From Dimorphilus gyrociliatus (Eukaryota; Animalia; Annelida), in the NCBI GenBank assembly GCA_904063045.1, contig CAJFCJ010000003.1, positions 1,922,001 to 1,986,000 on the forward strand: a DNA stretch of 64,000 bases. The letters are read 5' to 3'. How positions within the stretch are numbered: position 1 is the first letter of the stretch; every line of letters starts with the position of its first letter. The notes beneath the pieces were generated by a model, which was not told the DNA's origin, did no database searches, and saw nothing but the letters and a program-made list of their open reading frames with translations. A program made the translations under genes and the position numbers. Below are positions 62,220 through 64,000 of this stretch, one piece after another.

Positions 62220-62425
62220 TTTCAAATCTTAATAGGAGTCAATGAAATTTTTCTAAAATATTTATGGACGCATTTTCTTTACACAAACGTGTGAACTATG
62301 TCATTAAACCGAAAACCTAGCCGTATATAAATTTTTGTTGTGTATTGGTGTCCTTGACATTTATGTCTACATCCGTTGAATTCGCCGATTTCCGTTTCCG
62401 CTCCCGTCATGCCTATTTTGGCAAA
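62220..62425. promoter_or_regulatory. Bidirectional promoter WDR44/FMR1
   Basis: 206 bp between divergent ATGs, with a CpG-richer patch containing tandem TTTCCG (ETS-like) near 62388-62400. Confidence 0.55.
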
Positions 62426-64000
62426 ATGGAAGACAGCAATGTCCCTGTAGAGATTTGGGCTGAAAATGGCCAGTATTATTTCGAGGTTTGTCATTTGGAA
62501 AAATTTTTTCTATAATTCACATTCAGCGGAATCTGATGAAACAGTTTCATATAATTTTAGTATGAATAATTTCCGTGTAACAGTTTTCAAAAGTGAGGGT
62601 TCGTCGGATTGCTCAAAACGTTGCGCCGCATATTTTTGTAAAATCTGAGTAAAACGTGTTTAGAACATTGATTCCATGCTTAATCGATAAATCAGACAAT
62701 TTTTCTACTTTTTGTACCTTCGATCGTCAATTTTTGCATCATTTACATACTTTTACAGGCTCTTTTGTGCAATGTGTACCAAACTGAAGTTGGTGTCCGT
62801 TTGAAATCCGGGTAAGTAGCGACTACACGTTTCAATAAATCATAGACATACGTATTGATTATTTATAAATTTAAAAGCATTATTAATGTTAATTCTTCCT
62901 AAAATCTAAAAGATGCGAAGAAAAACGATATCCATTTAAAGACGTTTCACTGCCTCAGTCTGGAAATAGTTCAGGAGAAGTAAAGGAGAACGATGAAATA
63001 GAAATAAAAGGAGAAATAGAACAAGATGGAGTAACTTTGAAAGTTTGGAGAAAAGGTCGAGTGCGATTTATTAAAGGCGACTTTGTCGCATTTGAATTGA
63101 GTGGTTCCAATGACAATGATGTTGTACCCTTCGAGCGTATTCGATCAGCGGAACTGAAAAATCAACATGTTACGAAGAACTCTTTTAACATCAGTTTTTT
63201 TGATGTGCCTGATAACCTAGTTCTTGCTTTTCGAGACAACTCAGCCTTAAATGATTTTAAAATGGCTGGTCCTTGTGTCCTATCATATGATGGGCATGGT
63301 CAAAAGCTGAAAGTTATAACTGTCGACAAACAAATTCATGATCGTCTTCAAATGATGTCTGATTTGTGTATGAGAAATGTCCGACAAAAGTTGATTTTGC
63401 GGCAGAAGGCAGAGGAAGCTCAAAAGAAATTGGAGGTTAGTTGCCAAGCATAAAACTTTTCGCTTATGATTCATAAATTTTACTCCAGCATCGCACTTCA
63501 GTAGCTGTAAGTTATTTCACGTTGTCTAAAGTATATTAAGAATTGTTATGTAACAGTTTTCGTATCCTAAAAACGTTTGCTTATGGTTTATATGTTAAAC
63601 TCTTCCCAAACTAACTTTCGCTGATTAATTGCAGAACCAGCGCCAAAGCTATCGAGCACCGTTTACAAAAGAATTCACCGTACAATCTGATCTGATGGGT
63701 TTAGCTATAGGAACACACGGTGCAAATATTCAAAAAGCCAGGCAAATAGATGGCATTACCGGTATTGAATTAGACGAACAACAATTTAGGATTAGTGGTT
63801 CTACAGCTGAAGCAGTCCAACAAGCCCGAAACATTTTAGAGTTTTGCCAAGAAACCCTCCCTGTAGCAAGAGCAATTATACCCAAAGTTATCGGCAAGAA
63901 TGGACGCAACATCCAAGAAATAGTTGACAAATCTGGAGTAGTAAGGGTTAAAATTGAGGGTGATAATGAGAGGCAAGATGATGCTCAAACAGAAATGGTA
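62426..64000 (+). CDS. FMR1: Fragile X family RNA-binding protein (5' part; continues off the right edge)
   Basis: Divergent tandem Agenet/Tudor domains ([12 protein letters not shown]; [13 protein letters not shown]), KH0, KH1 ([18 protein letters not shown]) and KH2 ([28 protein letters not shown]). Confidence 0.95.

Noticed and set aside
62220-62425. Search for a CGG repeat in the FMR1 leader
   Set aside because: None present; the repeat is a mammalian feature.

Overview
Gene-dense, AT-rich, intron-containing eukaryotic DNA from an invertebrate animal with a compact genome. Most introns are about 45-70 nt. The single invertebrate-type coe, NK1 and the retained EVC/EVC2 pair point to a non-ecdysozoan bilaterian; a miniaturised annelid such as Dimorphilus is a guess, not shown by the sequence. 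I reconstructed 16 spliced protein-coding genes by eye: EVC2-like (-, runs off the left edge), EVC-like (+), DDX3/PL10 (-), GALNT11-like (+), a PAR-bZIP factor (+), coe/EBF (+), NK1/slouch (+), REEP1-4-like (-), SAXO-like (+), strawberry-notch-like (+), SPR (+), RECQL5 (-), an M14A carboxypeptidase (+), SMYD5 (-), PBDC1 (+), WDR44 (-), plus the 5' part of FMR1 (+, runs off the right edge). Housekeeping genes are tightly packed at both ends, while coe and NK1 sit in about 25 kb of mostly non-coding DNA with a 551-nt assembly gap. I found no convincing tRNA, rRNA, CRISPR array or intact transposon. The strongest leads are: (1) a strawberry-notch-like SF2 ATPase spliced in frame to a tail carrying a PIP-box-like motif, a basic patch and a UBZ4 zinc finger, with E2F sites upstream, suggesting a PCNA/ubiquitin-coupled DNA-maintenance role; (2) a head-to-head EVC2/EVC pair in which EVC2 has an enlarged ectodomain of DUF11-like repeats; (3) a candidate 18-nt in-frame microexon in FMR1; (4) a cluster of CTCF-like motifs between coe and NK1. 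Gene identities come from motifs and homologue sequences I recall; no database search was run. Internal exon boundaries are my manual predictions.
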